DNA from: an uncultured beta proteobacterium
GTDB lineage: Bacteria; Pseudomonadota; Gammaproteobacteria; Burkholderiales; Casimicrobiaceae
Assembly: GCA_963779805.1 (NCBI GenBank)
Contig: CAVZZN010000016.1
Location: forward strand, 304,584-368,583
Reading direction: 5' to 3'
DNA: 64,000 nucleotides
Within the stretch, counting starts at the first letter, position 1. Each line of letters starts with the position of its first letter. The notes beneath the pieces are model-generated. The model had not been told where the DNA came from, ran no database searches, and saw only the letters and a list, made by a program, of their open reading frames with translations. Positions 20,095 through 30,582 of this stretch are shown here, piece after piece. The position numbers were made by a program, and so were the translations under genes.

Positions 20095-22131
20095 GTGCCG
20101 GAAGGCGCAGGGCACGGCAGCCCGGATCCCCTGCTCGTCGACGCCTTCGGCGAGCGCGGCGCGTTCGCGCGCGCATTGCCCGGGTTCCGGCTGCGGCCCC
20201 AGCAACTCGCGATGGCGCAAGCCGTCGCCGACGCCATCGCTCGCCGCAGCAGCCTCATCGCCGAGGCCGGCACCGGCACCGGCAAGACCTTCGCCTACCT
20301 CGTTCCCGCGCTGCTGTCCGGCGGCAAGATCATCCTGTCGACGGGCACCAAGACGCTGCAGGACCAGCTCTTCGGCCGCGACCTGCCGCTCGTGCGCGCG
20401 GCGCTCGGCGTGCCCGTCACGCTCGCGCTGCTCAAGGGGCGCGCCAACTACGTGTGCCATCACCATCTCGCGCGCACCGCGGCCGATGGACGCCTGCCTT
20501 CGCGCGAGGATGCGCGCCACTTGCACAAGATCGTCGCGTTCGCCAAGGCGAGCGCCACCGGTGACCGCGGCGAGCTCGCCGACGTGCCCGAGCAGGCCTC
20601 GATCTGGCCGCTCGTCACGTCCACGCGCGACAACTGCCTCGGCGCGGAATGCGCGCATCACGCGCAGTGCTTCGTGCTGCAGGCGCGCAAGGCCGCGCTG
20701 GAGGCCGACGTCGTCGTGGTCAACCATCACCTGTTCTTCGCGGACGTGATGCTGCGCGACGAAGGTCTCGCCGAGCTCCTGCCGGCGTGCAATACCGTGA
20801 TCCTCGACGAGGCGCATCAGCTGCCGGACACCGCAACGCTCTTCTTCGGGGAGCAGGTTTCGGCGGGCCAGCTCGCGGAGCTCGCGCGCGATGCGGAAGT
20901 GGCGGCGCGCACGGAGGCGAAGGAAGTGCGCGAGCTCCCGGATGCCGCGGCGGGGATCGCGCCCGCGGTGAAGAAGCTCAAGCTCGCGCTCGGCGAGGTC
21001 CCCGGCAAGCTCCCGCACGCCGCCGCGCTGCAGAAGCCCGGGTTTCGCGACGCGCTCGACGAGCTCGCAGCCGCGCTCGACCGGCTCGCGACCGAGCTCG
21101 GGCTGTTCGCCGAGCGCAGCGAAGCGCTGGGCCAGTGCGCACGCCGCGCGGAAGCCGCGAGCGACCTCGTGGTGCGCTGGCGCGAAGGCGCACCGGTGGC
21201 GAGCGAAGGCGACGCGTCCGGCTGGATCCGCTGGGTCGACATCACCGCCAGCGGGTTCCAGCTGCAGGCCTCTCCGCTCTCCGTTGCGAACATCTTCGCA
21301 AAGCAGGTGCGCGATTCGGGGCGCGCGTGGATCTTCACCTCGGCAACGCTCGCGGTCGGCGGCGACTTCGCCCTGTACCAGCGCGAGCTCGGGCTCTCCG
21401 ACGCCGCGACCGGCTGCTGGGAAAGCCCGTTCGATTACGCGGAGCAGGCGCTGCTGTACGTGCCGCGGGACCTGCCGCCACCGAATTCGCGCGAGCACAC
21501 GCAGGCCGTGGTCGATGCCGCGATCCCGGTGCTGAAGGCGAGCGGCGGACGGGCGTTCATGCTGTTCACCAGCCTGCGCGCGCTTGCAGCCGCGCGCGAG
21601 ATGCTGGCCGACGCGATGCGGCAGCAGGGCTTGTCGTGGCCGCTGCTCGTGCAGGGCGAAGGCTCACGCTCGGAGCTTCTCGCCCGCTTTCGCGAGCTCG
21701 GCAATGCGGTCCTGCTGGGGAGCCAGAGCTTCTGGGAAGGCGTGGACGTACCCGGCGATGCGCTGTCGGTGGTGATCATCGACAAGCTGCCGTTCGCGCC
21801 GCCCGACGATCCGCTCCTTGCCGCGCGCCTCGAGCATCTGCGCGCCGCGGGCGGCAATCCGTTCTTCGACTATCAGCTGCCGCAGGCGGCGATCAGCCTG
21901 AAGCAGGGCGCGGGGCGCCTGATCCGGACCGAGACCGATCGCGGGGTGCTGATGCTGTGCGACCCGCGGCTCGTCGACAAGCCCTACGGCAAGCGCATCT
22001 GGCGCAGCCTGCCGCCGATGCGGCGCACGCGCGAGCTCGCGGCGGTGCAGGCGTTCTTCACCACAGCTTCCACCACGGACGCGACGGAGCCCCGCCCGCG
22101 AGATACGGACTGTTCGGAAAGGTGCTCTTGA
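20095..22131 (+). CDS. dinG: ATP-dependent DNA helicase, DinG/YoaA (XPD-like Fe-S) family
   Basis: GTG at 20095 inside ORF 19648..22131. Motifs present are Walker A AEAGTGTGKT, DEAH (VILDEAHQL), a four-Cys cluster region (CHHH...NCLGAECAHHAQC), and the C-terminal helicase motifs (SQSFWEGVDVPG, QGAGRLIR). Confidence 0.85.
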   Translation: MPEGAGHGSPDPLLVDAFGERGAFARALPGFRLRPQQLAMAQAVADAIARRSSLIAEAGTGTGKTFAYLVPALLSGGKIILSTGTKTLQDQLFGRDLPLVRAALGVPVTLALLKGRANYVCHHHLARTAADGRLPSREDARHLHKIVAFAKASATGDRGELADVPEQASIWPLVTSTRDNCLGAECAHHAQCFVLQARKAALEADVVVVNHHLFFADVMLRDEGLAELLPACNTVILDEAHQLPDTATLFFGEQVSAGQLAELARDAEVAARTEAKEVRELPDAAAGIAPAVKKLKLALGEVPGKLPHAAALQKPGFRDALDELAAALDRLATELGLFAERSEALGQCARRAEAASDLVVRWREGAPVASEGDASGWIRWVDITASGFQLQASPLSVANIFAKQVRDSGRAWIFTSATLAVGGDFALYQRELGLSDAATGCWESPFDYAEQALLYVPRDLPPPNSREHTQAVVDAAIPVLKASGGRAFMLFTSLRALAAAREMLADAMRQQGLSWPLLVQGEGSRSELLARFRELGNAVLLGSQSFWEGVDVPGDALSVVIIDKLPFAPPDDPLLAARLEHLRAAGGNPFFDYQLPQAAISLKQGAGRLIRTETDRGVLMLCDPRLVDKPYGKRIWRSLPPMRRTRELAAVQAFFTTASTTDATEPRPRDTDCSERCS

Positions 22132-22900
22132 GCACGCGCGCGGAATCGTCGCGCAGCTGCGTGAGGCCGAGCTTGTCGTAGCTCCTCACCAGCAGGTCCA
22201 GCGCGTCCTCGTTGGCGGGCGTGCGCGGATAGCTCTGGATCGCAAGCTGCGCGCGATTGGCGGCGGCCACGTAGGCGCCGCGGTTGTAGTAGTAGCGGCC
22301 GACCTTCACCTCGTACAGCGCGAGGGAGTTGATGAGAAATTTCATGCGCGCTTCCGCGTCCGGCGCGTACTTGCTCTGCGGGAACTTCGCCACGAGTTCC
22401 TTGAATGCGTCGAAGGACTCGCGCATCGCCTTGGGCTCGCGTTCCGACAGGTCGGGTTCGTACACGTAGCCGAGCAGCCCCTGGTCGCCGCGGAAGTTCA
22501 CGAGGCCCTTGAGGTAGTACGCGTAATCGACGTTCGGGTGATTCGGATAGGTGCGGATGAAGCGATCGCAGGCCGCCACCGCCGCCGCGGGCTCCCCCGA
22601 GCGATAATTGGCGTAGGCCGATTCGAGGATCGCCTGCTGGGCGTAGCGGCCGTAAGGAAAGCGCGTTTCGAGCGTCTCGAACAGCTTGATCGCCCGCGTA
22701 TAATTCTGCGATGTCAGCGCATCGTGCGCTTCGCTGTACAGCTTCTCCGCGCTCCAGCTCGCCGTCTCGTCCTTCACCTCGGGCAGCCAGCTGCACCCGC
22801 CCACCGCGATGGCAAGCAGCAGGGCGACGAGCCACGTGCCGGGCCGCACGCGTCCCGTGGTGAAGCGGAAGATTCCGAACTGCGGGAAAGAGGCGGACAT
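22058..22900 (-). CDS. bamD: Outer-membrane protein assembly factor BamD
   Basis: ATG at 22900 with a lipobox ([10 protein letters not shown]). TPR-like repeats are present ([34 protein letters not shown]), and the C-terminal WWKLW is typical of betaproteobacterial BamD. Confidence 0.85.
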   Translation of the reverse strand: MSASFPQFGIFRFTTGRVRPGTWLVALLLAIAVGGCSWLPEVKDETASWSAEKLYSEAHDALTSQNYTRAIKLFETLETRFPYGRYAQQAILESAYANYRSGEPAAAVAACDRFIRTYPNHPNVDYAYYLKGLVNFRGDQGLLGYVYEPDLSEREPKAMRESFDAFKELVAKFPQSKYAPDAEARMKFLINSLALYEVKVGRYYYNRGAYVAAANRAQLAIQSYPRTPANEDALDLLVRSYDKLGLTQLRDDSARVLKSTFPNSPYLAGGAPSRPWWKLW

Positions 22901-22956
22901 CGCGCGACCTGAAGCACGGGGGAAGCGCGAATTATAACCGAGCGCACGACCACTCC

Positions 22957-23998
22957 ATGACTCGCGCACCTGCCCTCCCCGCTCCATCGGTCCGCCTTGC
23001 TGTGCGCGAATCCGATCGCCCGGCGGCCAGCCGAGCGGCCGCCGGCGTCGCACCGGAGGAGACTCGCGCTGCGGGCGAGAACGTGCAGTGGTGCGAGCTC
23101 CCGGCCGATGCCGCGGGCACGCGCTTCGATCAGGCCCTCGCGCGCGCATTGCCCGCCTACTCCCGCAGCCGCCTGCGCACGTGGATCGACGAAGGCCGCG
23201 TGCGCGTGGACGGCGTGGGCGTCGACGCGCGCTACAAGGTGCATGGCGGCGAGCGCGTGGAGGTGCGCGCCGCGCCGGATCCGCAGGAGACCGCCTTCGC
23301 GGCGCAGGCCATCGCGCTCTCCATCGTGTACGAGGACGACGCGATCCTGGTGGTCGACAAGCCTGCCGGCCTGGTGGTGCATCCGGGAAGCGGCAACTGG
23401 GAGGGCACGCTGCTCAACGCGCTCCTCCACCACGCCCCGCAATTGCGCAGCGTGCCGCGCGCAGGCATCGTGCATCGCCTCGACAAGGACACGAGCGGGC
23501 TGCTCGTCGTGGCCAAGACGCTCGAAGCGCAGACCGACCTCGTGCGACAGCTGCAGGCGCACAGCGTTCACCGCGAGTACATCGGCGCTCGCCACGGGCG
23601 ACATCGCGCGCGACGGCGACGTCGATGCGCCGATCGGCCGGCATCCGACGCGGCGCACCGTGATGGCCGTCGTCGCGACGGGCAAGCCCGCGCGCACGCA
23701 CTATCGCGTGCAGGAGCGCTTCGGCCGCGCGACGCTGCTCGTCTGTCGCCTCGAGACGGGACGCACGCACCAGATCCGCGTGCATCTCGCCTCGATCGGT
23801 CACCCGCTGGTCGGCGATCCCGCGTACGGACGACAGCAGCCGATCGCGTTCGGCCGCCAGGCATTGCACGCCGCGCGGCTGGGGCTCGTGCATCCCGTGA
23901 CGCGCGAGGCGATGAGCTGGACCTCGCCGCTGCCCGACGATTTCGGCGCGCTGCTCGCGTCGTTGCGCGCCGGGTTCGCCGCCACGCAAGGGCGATGA
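22957..23998 (+). CDS. rluD: 23S rRNA pseudouridine synthase RluD family; frame broken near 23587
   Basis: An S4-like N-domain is followed by the catalytic [15 protein letters not shown] and later the [11 protein letters not shown] motif. The halves lie in ORFs 22957..24060 and 22997..23998. The gene is divergent from bamD, as in many proteobacteria. Confidence 0.85.
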
Positions 23999-24056
23999 TT
24001 TGCGCTTCGACCACGGACGGCAACCGCGCAGCGTACGGGCCTCGCGCGCGCATGCC

Positions 24057-24837
24057 ATGACCACGCTGCGCGAGCGCATCGCCGCTGCAGGCCTCGACTG
24101 GATCGTGCCGGACTGGCCGGCACCCGAGTGCGTGCGTGCGCTGGTCACCACGCGCAACGGCGGCGTGTCCACGCTCGCTCGCGCGAGCCTCGACCTGGGC
24201 AGCGCGGACGCGCGCAACGCGGACGTGCTCGAGAATCGCGCTCGCCTGCGCAGGTTCCTTCCCGCCGATCCGCACTGGATGCACCAGGTGCATGGCGCCG
24301 CGGTCGTGCGTCTCGATGCGGGCTCGCCGACGCAGCCGCCGCCCACTGCCGATGCGGCGGTCGACCGCAACGCCGGGCGTGGTGTGTGCCGTGCGCACGG
24401 CGGATTGCCTGCCCGTGTTCTTCGCCGACCGAAACGCCAAGGCGGTCGGCGTCGCGCACGCGGGCTGGCGCGGGCTCGCCTCCGGCGTGCTCGAGGCCAC
24501 CCTCGATGCGCTCGGACGATTCGGGGCCCGCAGCGTCGACGTCGCGACGTGGCTCGGGCCCGCCATCGGTCCCGCCGCGTTCGAGGTCGGCGATGAAGTG
24601 CGCGCCGCATTCGTGGCCCGCGATGCGGCCGCGGCGGGCGCATTCACGCCCGGCGCACCGGGCAAGTGGTACGCGGACCTTTACGCGCTCGCTCGGCGGC
24701 GCCTCGCTGCGCGCGGCGTCACGGCGATCGGGGGTGGCGGATACTGCACGCGCACCGACGAGGCGCGGTTCTTCTCCTACCGCCGCGCCCACGACGCGGG
24801 GCGCATGGCCGCGCTGATCTGGATCGCGCTCGACTGA
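24057..24837 (+). CDS. pgeF: Purine nucleoside phosphorylase / peptidoglycan editing factor family (YfiH/PgeF, DUF152); frame broken near 24375
   Basis: ATG at 24057 ([12 protein letters not shown]). Motifs present are [26 protein letters not shown], and CT..D..FFSYRR. Confidence 0.8.
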
Positions 24838-24845
24838 CGTCCTCC

Positions 24846-25692
24846 ATGCCGATGTCGCCCCTCCTCGCCACCGTGCTTGCCTGCCTCGCAGGCGGCGTGC
24901 TCGCGATCGTCGCGGCTGCGGGCACGCTCGCGTTGCATCCATCTCGCATCGGACGTCTCGTGAGCTTCGCCGTCGGCGCACTGCTCGGCGCGGTGTTCCT
25001 CGAGCTGCTGCCGCACGCCCTCGAGCACGCGCCCGCGCAGCGGGTGATGATCACCGTGCTCGCGGGCCTGCTCGCGTTCTTCCTGCTCGAGAAGCTCGTG
25101 CTGTGGCGGCATAGCCACGGCGAGGACAGCGAAGCCGATGCGGCAGCCTCGGATGGGCACGAGGCCGCGGATCGACACCTGGCCGTCGGCCATGGTTCGA
25201 CGGCAGCCCGGCCATCGTCACGGCGTCGGCGGCCACGACTTCGGGCGCTCGGGCCTCATGATCCTCATCGGCAACAGCGTGCACAACTTCTGCGACGGCA
25301 TCGTGATCGCCGCAGCGTTCCTCGCCAATCCCGCGCTGGGCCTCGCCACGACCGTCGCGATCGTCGCGCATGCCATACCGCAGCAGGTCGGCGACTTCGC
25401 GGTCCTGATCCACTCCGGCTTCCGTCGCCGCAAGGCGTTCGGGTTCAACGTCGCGACGGGCCTCGCCACGCTCGCGGGCGGTCTCGCCGGCTACCTCGCG
25501 CTCGCGGCGATGCAACAGGCGCTACCGCTCGTGCTGGCGATCGCGGCCGCCAGCCTGCTCTACGTCGCGGTCGCGGACCTCATCCCCAGCCTGCACCGGC
25601 GTCCCGAGCCGATCGAGACGGCGAAGCAGCTCGTCCTGATCGGGCTCGGCATCGCGATCATCGCGGTCGTCCACGTCGTGCTCGAGGGCTGA
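24846..25692 (+). CDS. ZIP-family divalent metal transporter (ZupT-like); frame broken near 25200
   Basis: The N-terminal TM helices lie in the ORF 24666..25826 frame and the C-half in ORF 25138..25692. The C-half carries the ZIP signature HNFCDGIVIAAAF...HAIPQQVGDFAVL. Confidence 0.8.
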
Positions 25693-25754
25693 TCCCGGCC
25701 GGGCATGGCTTCGCGACGCGACGCGCCGGCGTGCGCGGGCACCGAGCCACGCGA

Positions 25755-25875
25755 TCACGCAAGAACCGGAGCCACTCCGGCGAGGACAAAGAGCACGAGG
25801 CCGGCAGAGCGCGCTCGGCGTCGTGAGGGCCATCATGCCGATGACGTACAGCCACGCGATCAGGATGAGGTGCAT
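25755..25875 (-). CDS. Possible small membrane protein (two hydrophobic segments); needs one frame correction
   Basis: The ATG at 25875 gives MHLILIAWLYVIGMMALTTPSA. A +1 shift continues as SAGLVLFVLAGVAPVLA followed by a stop. This rests on hydrophobicity only. Confidence 0.25.
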
Positions 25876-26019
25876 GGGGGCGAGGGCCTCGGCGTGGCGC
25901 GTGCCGCAATGCGATTGTCCGCGGCACCCGTGCACGATACCATCGCGCTTCCTCGCTTCCGGCTTCGCGAGCACGTCCGCAAGCCGGGCTTCGGCAAGCC
26001 TGTCTTGCCACCGTCCGCC

Positions 26020-27877
26020 ATGAATGACGCTTCAGATCCGCTCCAACCCTGGCTCGCGCTCGCGGCGCAATGGCAGGAAGCCGCGCAGCAGTGGACCCAG
26101 TGGTGGACTCAGGCACAGGGCACCCTGCTGATGGGCGCTGCTGCCATGCCGGATTGGACGCAAGCGGGCATTTGCGCGGATGTTGCGCAGCGCAAGCCGG
26201 CTTCGAACCGCGCCTCCGAGCGAGCGGAGCGCACCGACGCGGCCGCAACGGGACTTCGCTGCCGCCGACCTCGCAAGCCACGCCCAGGACGTCGCGGCAC
26301 TCAACGCGCGCTATCAACCGCGTTTCGAAGCGCTCTGGCTCGCGCTGCAGCAGGGCGCGCTCGATCCCGAGGGACCGCACGCCGTGCCCACGATCGCGGA
26401 GCCTGCGCCCGGCGATCGCCGCTTCAGCGCGCCGGAGTGGAGCACGCTGCCCTACTTTGCGCTGCTCAAGCAGCATTACCTGCTCACGTCCGAGTACCTG
26501 AAGGAGCTCGCGGCGCTCGCGCCATTGCCGCCGGCGCAGATGCGGCGCCTCGGCTTCGTCACGCGCCAGCTCGTCGACGCGATGGCGCCGACCAATTTCC
26601 CGGCGACGAACCCGGAAGTGTGGAAGCGCGCCCTGTCGACCGAAGGCCGCAGCCTCGCGAAAGGGCTCGAGAACCTGGTCGCGGATGCGCGCAAGGGCCG
26701 GATCTCGATGACCGACGAGAGCGCGTTCGCGCTCGGACGCAACATCGCGCTCACGCCCGGCGACGTCGTGTTCCGCAGCGAGCTCGTCGAGCTCATCCAG
26801 TATCGACCGACCACGACGCAGGTTCACAGCGTGCCGCTGCTGATCGTGCCGCCGTGCATCAACAAGTACTACATCCTCGACCTCCGGCCGGAGAACTCGT
26901 TCGTGCGCTGGGCCGTCGAGCAGGGTCACACGGTGTTCATGGTGTCCTGGCGCAACATCCCGGCGGAGCTCGGTCACCTCACGTGGGACGATTACGTCGA
27001 GCGCGGCGTGCTCGACACGCTCGAGGCGGTGAAGGCGATTGCGCGCTCGAAGCTCGTCAACACGCTGGGATTCTGCGTCGGCGGCGCCATTCTCGCGTGC
27101 GCGCTCGCCGTGCTGGCCGCGCGCGGCGACACGAGCGTCGCGAGCGTGAGCTTCCTCACCGCGATGCTCGACTACGAGGATCCCGGCGAGATCGCGGTGT
27201 ACGTCTCCCGCGAGCTCCTCGCGGCGCGCGAGCCCGCGCTCATGTCCGGTCAGCGCGTGCACGGCGGCGAGCTCGCCACCGCCTTCGCGAGCCTGCGCGC
27301 GAACGAGCTCGTGTGGAACTACGTCGTCAACAATTACCTCAAGGGCGACGTCCCGCCCGCGTTCGATCTCCTGTACTGGAACAGCGATTCGGCCAACCTG
27401 CCGGGACCCATGTACGCGTACTACCTGCGCAACATGTATCTCGACAACAGGCTGCGCGAGCCGGGTGCATTGAGCGTGCTCGGCGTACCCGTCGATCTTC
27501 GCCGCATCGCGATGCCCGCCTACGTGTACGCGTCGCGCGAGGATCACATCGTGCCGTGGCATTCGGCGTACCGCACCACGCAGCTCGTGGGCGGCGAGGC
27601 GACGTTCACCCTCGGCGCGTCCGGCCACATCGCGGGCGTCGTCAATCCACCGGCGCAGGGCAAGCGCAGCTACTGGACGCGTGCCGACCTGCCGCCCGAT
27701 CCGCAAGCGTGGCTCGCCGGCGCGGACAGTCATCCGGGCAGCTGGTGGCCGCACTGGGGTGCGTGGCTCGCGACGCATGCGGGCACGCGCAAGGCGGCAC
27801 CGCGCAGGCCGGGCAATGCACGGTACGCGCCCATCGACGACGCGCCGGGCCGCTATGTGCGCGAGAAGGCGGCGTGA
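26020..27877 (+). CDS. phaC: Class I poly(3-hydroxyalkanoate) synthase PhaC; frame broken between about 26190 and 26250
   Basis: The ATG at 26020 (MNDASDPLQPWLALAAQWQ) lies in the ORF 25705..27939 frame. The remainder is ORF 26180..27877, with PPCINKYYILDL, the lipase box GFCVGG, WNSDSANLPG, and HIAGVVNPP. Confidence 0.9.
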
Positions 27878-28041
27878 CGAATGCGTGCGGCACCTGGACG
27901 CGTTGGTCGCGCAGCGGCATCCGCTCGGCGCTGCGCTAAGATGGTCGCGCAACGCCCTGCACGACGAACACGGGCGCCGGCACATGCGGTGACGACACCG
28001 CCGCGCTGCCGGCGCCGTGAACAACGAAGGAGGATATCGAC

Positions 28042-28794
28042 ATGGCAGCGGAACAGCATCGCGTGGCACTGGTAACCGGCGGCATGGGCGGCCTCGGCGA
28101 GGCCATCTGCCTGAAGCTCGCGGCACTCGGCTATACGGTCGTCACGACGTACTCGCCGGGCAACACGAAGGCGCAGGAGTGGCTTTCGTCCATGCGGGCG
28201 CAGGGCCTCAACTTCCACGCCTACCCGTGCGATGTCGCGGACTTCGCGAGCTGCGCGCAATGCGTGGCGACCGTGGTCAAGGAGGTCGGCGCGGTCGACG
28301 TGCTCATCAACAACGCGGGCATCACGCGCGACATGACCTTCAAGAAGATGGACAAGGTCAACTGGGACGCGGTGATCAAGACCAACCTCGACAGCTGCTT
28401 CAACATGACGAAGCAGGTGGCCGACGCGATGGCCGATCGCGGCTGGGGCCGCATCATCAACATCTCGTCGGTCAACGGCCAGAAGGGCGCGTTCGGCCAG
28501 ACCAACTACTCCGCCGCCAAGGCCGGCATGCACGGCTTCACCAAGGCCCTCGCGCTCGAGCTCGCGCGCAAGGGTGTCACGGTCAACACGATCTCCCCCG
28601 GCTACATCGGGACGAAGATGGTGATGGCCATCCCCCAGGACGTGCTCGACTCCAAGATCGTTCCGCAGATCCCGATGGGCCGCCTCGGCAAGCCGGAGGA
28701 AGTCGCCGGCCTCGTCGCGTACCTGTCGAGCGAGGAAGCTGCGTTCGTGACGGGCGCCAACATCGCGATCAACGGCGGCCAGCACATGTTCTGA
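28042..28794 (+). CDS. phaB: Acetoacetyl-CoA reductase PhaB (SDR)
   Basis: Intact 250-aa ORF with GAAGGAGGA upstream. Motifs present are VTGGMGGLG, NNAGITRD, YSAAKAG, and the C-terminal ANIAINGGQHM, which is typical of PhaB. It lies immediately downstream of phaC. Confidence 0.9.
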   Translation: MAAEQHRVALVTGGMGGLGEAICLKLAALGYTVVTTYSPGNTKAQEWLSSMRAQGLNFHAYPCDVADFASCAQCVATVVKEVGAVDVLINNAGITRDMTFKKMDKVNWDAVIKTNLDSCFNMTKQVADAMADRGWGRIINISSVNGQKGAFGQTNYSAAKAGMHGFTKALALELARKGVTVNTISPGYIGTKMVMAIPQDVLDSKIVPQIPMGRLGKPEEVAGLVAYLSSEEAAFVTGANIAINGGQHMF

Positions 28795-28890
28795 CCGGCT
28801 CGTCGCGAGCTGCGGACGGCGGCTGCGGCCGCCGTTCTTGCTTGCGGGGCACCGACGACCGGTCCTGCGCGACGGCACTGCCGGAGCACT

Positions 28891-28939
28891 CCCCGTTACT
28901 CGGAGTAATTACTCCGAGTATTTACTCTGAGTAACGGGG
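28891..28939. repeat. Palindromic intergenic repeat, copy 2: three tandem TTACTCnGAGTA(A) units forming one 49-nt near-perfect palindrome
   Basis: The sequence is ccccgTTACTCgGAGTAA TTACTCcGAGTA tTTACTCtGAGTAAcgggg. The outer 11 nt pair perfectly, and the whole element folds into a hairpin of about 22 bp with one mismatch and one G-U pair. It shares ttactctgagtaacggg (17/17) with copy 1. Confidence 0.8.
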
Positions 28940-28951
28940 TTCGAGGATTCG

Positions 28952-29662
28952 ATGAGCGAACCGCTGCGGCTCCTGTGCGACGAGATGCTCGGGCGTCTCG
29001 CCCGCTACCTGCGCGCGGCCGGCCACGACACCGCGCTCGCGTCGGGCGGCACGCAGGACCGCGATCTGCTGCAGCGGGCACGCGACGAGCATCGTCGCTT
29101 CCTCACCTGCGATCGCAGGATCGCCGAGCACAAGGCGGCCGCGGGCATCGCCCTCATCCTGCCGCGCGGATCGCTGGATGCATCGGCCGCGGCATTGACC
29201 GCCGCCCTTGGCGTGGACTGGCTGCACGCGCCGTTCACGCGCTGCCTCGTCGACAACGAGCCGCTCGTTCCGCGTGCCGCGTCGCACGAAGCTCGCGTGC
29301 CGCGCGACGTTCCGGTGCCCGAGGCGCGACATTGCCCGGCTTGCGGCCGCATCTACTGGGCGGGCTCGCACCACCGCCGCATGCGCGCGCGCCTCGCGGC
29401 GTGGGCCGGCGGGCACTTCCACCCGACCGGGACGCGAACCGGCGCCCGCGCGCCGTCTATAATCCGAATTCTTCACGCCGCCCAGTCGCGGCATCGCCCG
29501 GCGAGGGACAGCCGCCCAAGACGGCACTCTCTCGCAACCTTTCCGGAGGAACAATGCGTCGATCTCTTGTCACCGCCGTCGCGGCGAGCGCGCTTGCGCT
29601 CGTCGCCCTCGCTGCGCCTGCCGCTGCGCAGGATGCCTATCCCACCAAGCCGATCACCATGA
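28952..29662 (+). CDS. Mut7-C RNase-domain protein (PIN-like fold plus C-terminal zinc ribbon); 3' end doubtful
   Basis: The N-terminus LLCDEMLGRLARYLRAAGHD and the ribbon CL...CPACGRIYWAGSHHRRM fit the family. The last 80 or so residues look like non-coding read-through and overlap the next gene by 109 nt, so the native stop has probably been lost to an indel near 29400-29460. Confidence 0.6.
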   Translation: MSEPLRLLCDEMLGRLARYLRAAGHDTALASGGTQDRDLLQRARDEHRRFLTCDRRIAEHKAAAGIALILPRGSLDASAAALTAALGVDWLHAPFTRCLVDNEPLVPRAASHEARVPRDVPVPEARHCPACGRIYWAGSHHRRMRARLAAWAGGHFHPTGTRTGARAPSIIRILHAAQSRHRPARDSRPRRHSLATFPEEQCVDLLSPPSRRARLRSSPSLRLPLRRMPIPPSRSP

Positions 29663-30535
29663 TCGTGCCGTTCCCGCCGGGCGGCGTCGCCGACATCGTG
29701 GCGCGACCGGCTGCCGATGCGATGAGCCGCTACCTCAAGCAGCCGGTGGTCATCGAGAACAAGCCCGGCGCGGGCGGCGGCATCGGCATGGGGTCCGTGG
29801 CCAAGGCCAAGCCCGACGGCTACACCATCCTGCTCGCGCTGTCCTCGATCTCGATCCTGCCGGAAGCGGACAAGGTCACCGGGCGCCCGACGATGTTCAC
29901 GCTGAACCAGTTCGTACCCATCGCCCGCCTCACCGCGGACCCGACGGTGCTCGCGGTGCGCGCCGACAGCCCGTGGAAGACGGTGCAGGATTTCGTGGCC
30001 GATGCGAAGAAGCGGCCCGGGCGCGATCAGCTACGGCTCGTCCGGCAACTACGGAACGATGCACATGCCGATGGAGATGTTCGCGCAGGCCGCGGGCATC
30101 AAGCTGCTGCACGTGCCGTACACCGGCGCGGGTCCCGCGGTGGTGGCGCTGCTCGGCGGCAACGTCGACGCGCTGTCGACGGGCCCGTCGACGGTGATCC
30201 AGCACGTGAAGGCCGGCAAGGTGCGCGTGCTCGGGAACTGGGGCGACAAGCGGCTCGCGTCGCTGCCGGACGTGCCGTCGCTGCGCGAGGCGGGCTACAA
30301 CGTGACGTTCTACCAGTGGGCCGGCGTGTTCGCGCCCGCCGGGACGCCGGCGGCGATCCAGACGAAGCTGCGCGACGCAGCGCGCGCAACGGCGACCGAT
30401 GCAACGTTCGTGTCCACGCTCGGCACGGTGCAGACGCCGGTGCAATACCTCGATGCGCCCGATATGCAGAAGTTCTGGGACGCCGACGCGCGCACGCTCG
30501 CGGAAGCCGTGCAGCAGGTGGGCAAGCTCGAGTAG
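29554..30535 (+). CDS. Bug-family (TctC-like) tripartite tricarboxylate transporter substrate-binding protein; frame broken near 30019
   Basis: GGAGGA precedes the ATG at 29554. A signal peptide is followed by QDAYPTKPITMIVPFPPGGVADIVAR and later SYGSSGNYGTMHM. The break is repaired by removing one G from cccGGGcgcg. Confidence 0.85.
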
Positions 30536-30552
30536 CTCACGCGGCGAGGCCC

Positions 30553-30582
30553 AAAAAAGGACCCCGCCTTGCGGGCGGGGTC
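30553..30582 (-). terminator. Rho-independent terminator (read on the minus strand: hairpin then TTTTTT), downstream of the phasin gene and adjacent to the Bug gene stop
   Basis: The stem gaccccgcc / ggcggggtc has a 5-nt loop and is flanked by aaaaaa on the plus strand. A second hairpin, ctgtatctt / aagatacag, lies at 30588-30620. Confidence 0.65.

Noticed and set aside
27878-28041. phaC is followed directly by phaB with no phaA (beta-ketothiolase) in the 164-nt spacer. Could this be a novel PHA operon layout?
   Set aside because: phaC-phaB and scattered pha gene arrangements are common. A thiolase can be encoded elsewhere. The spacer shows no gene remnant that I can read, so there is no evidence of anything new.
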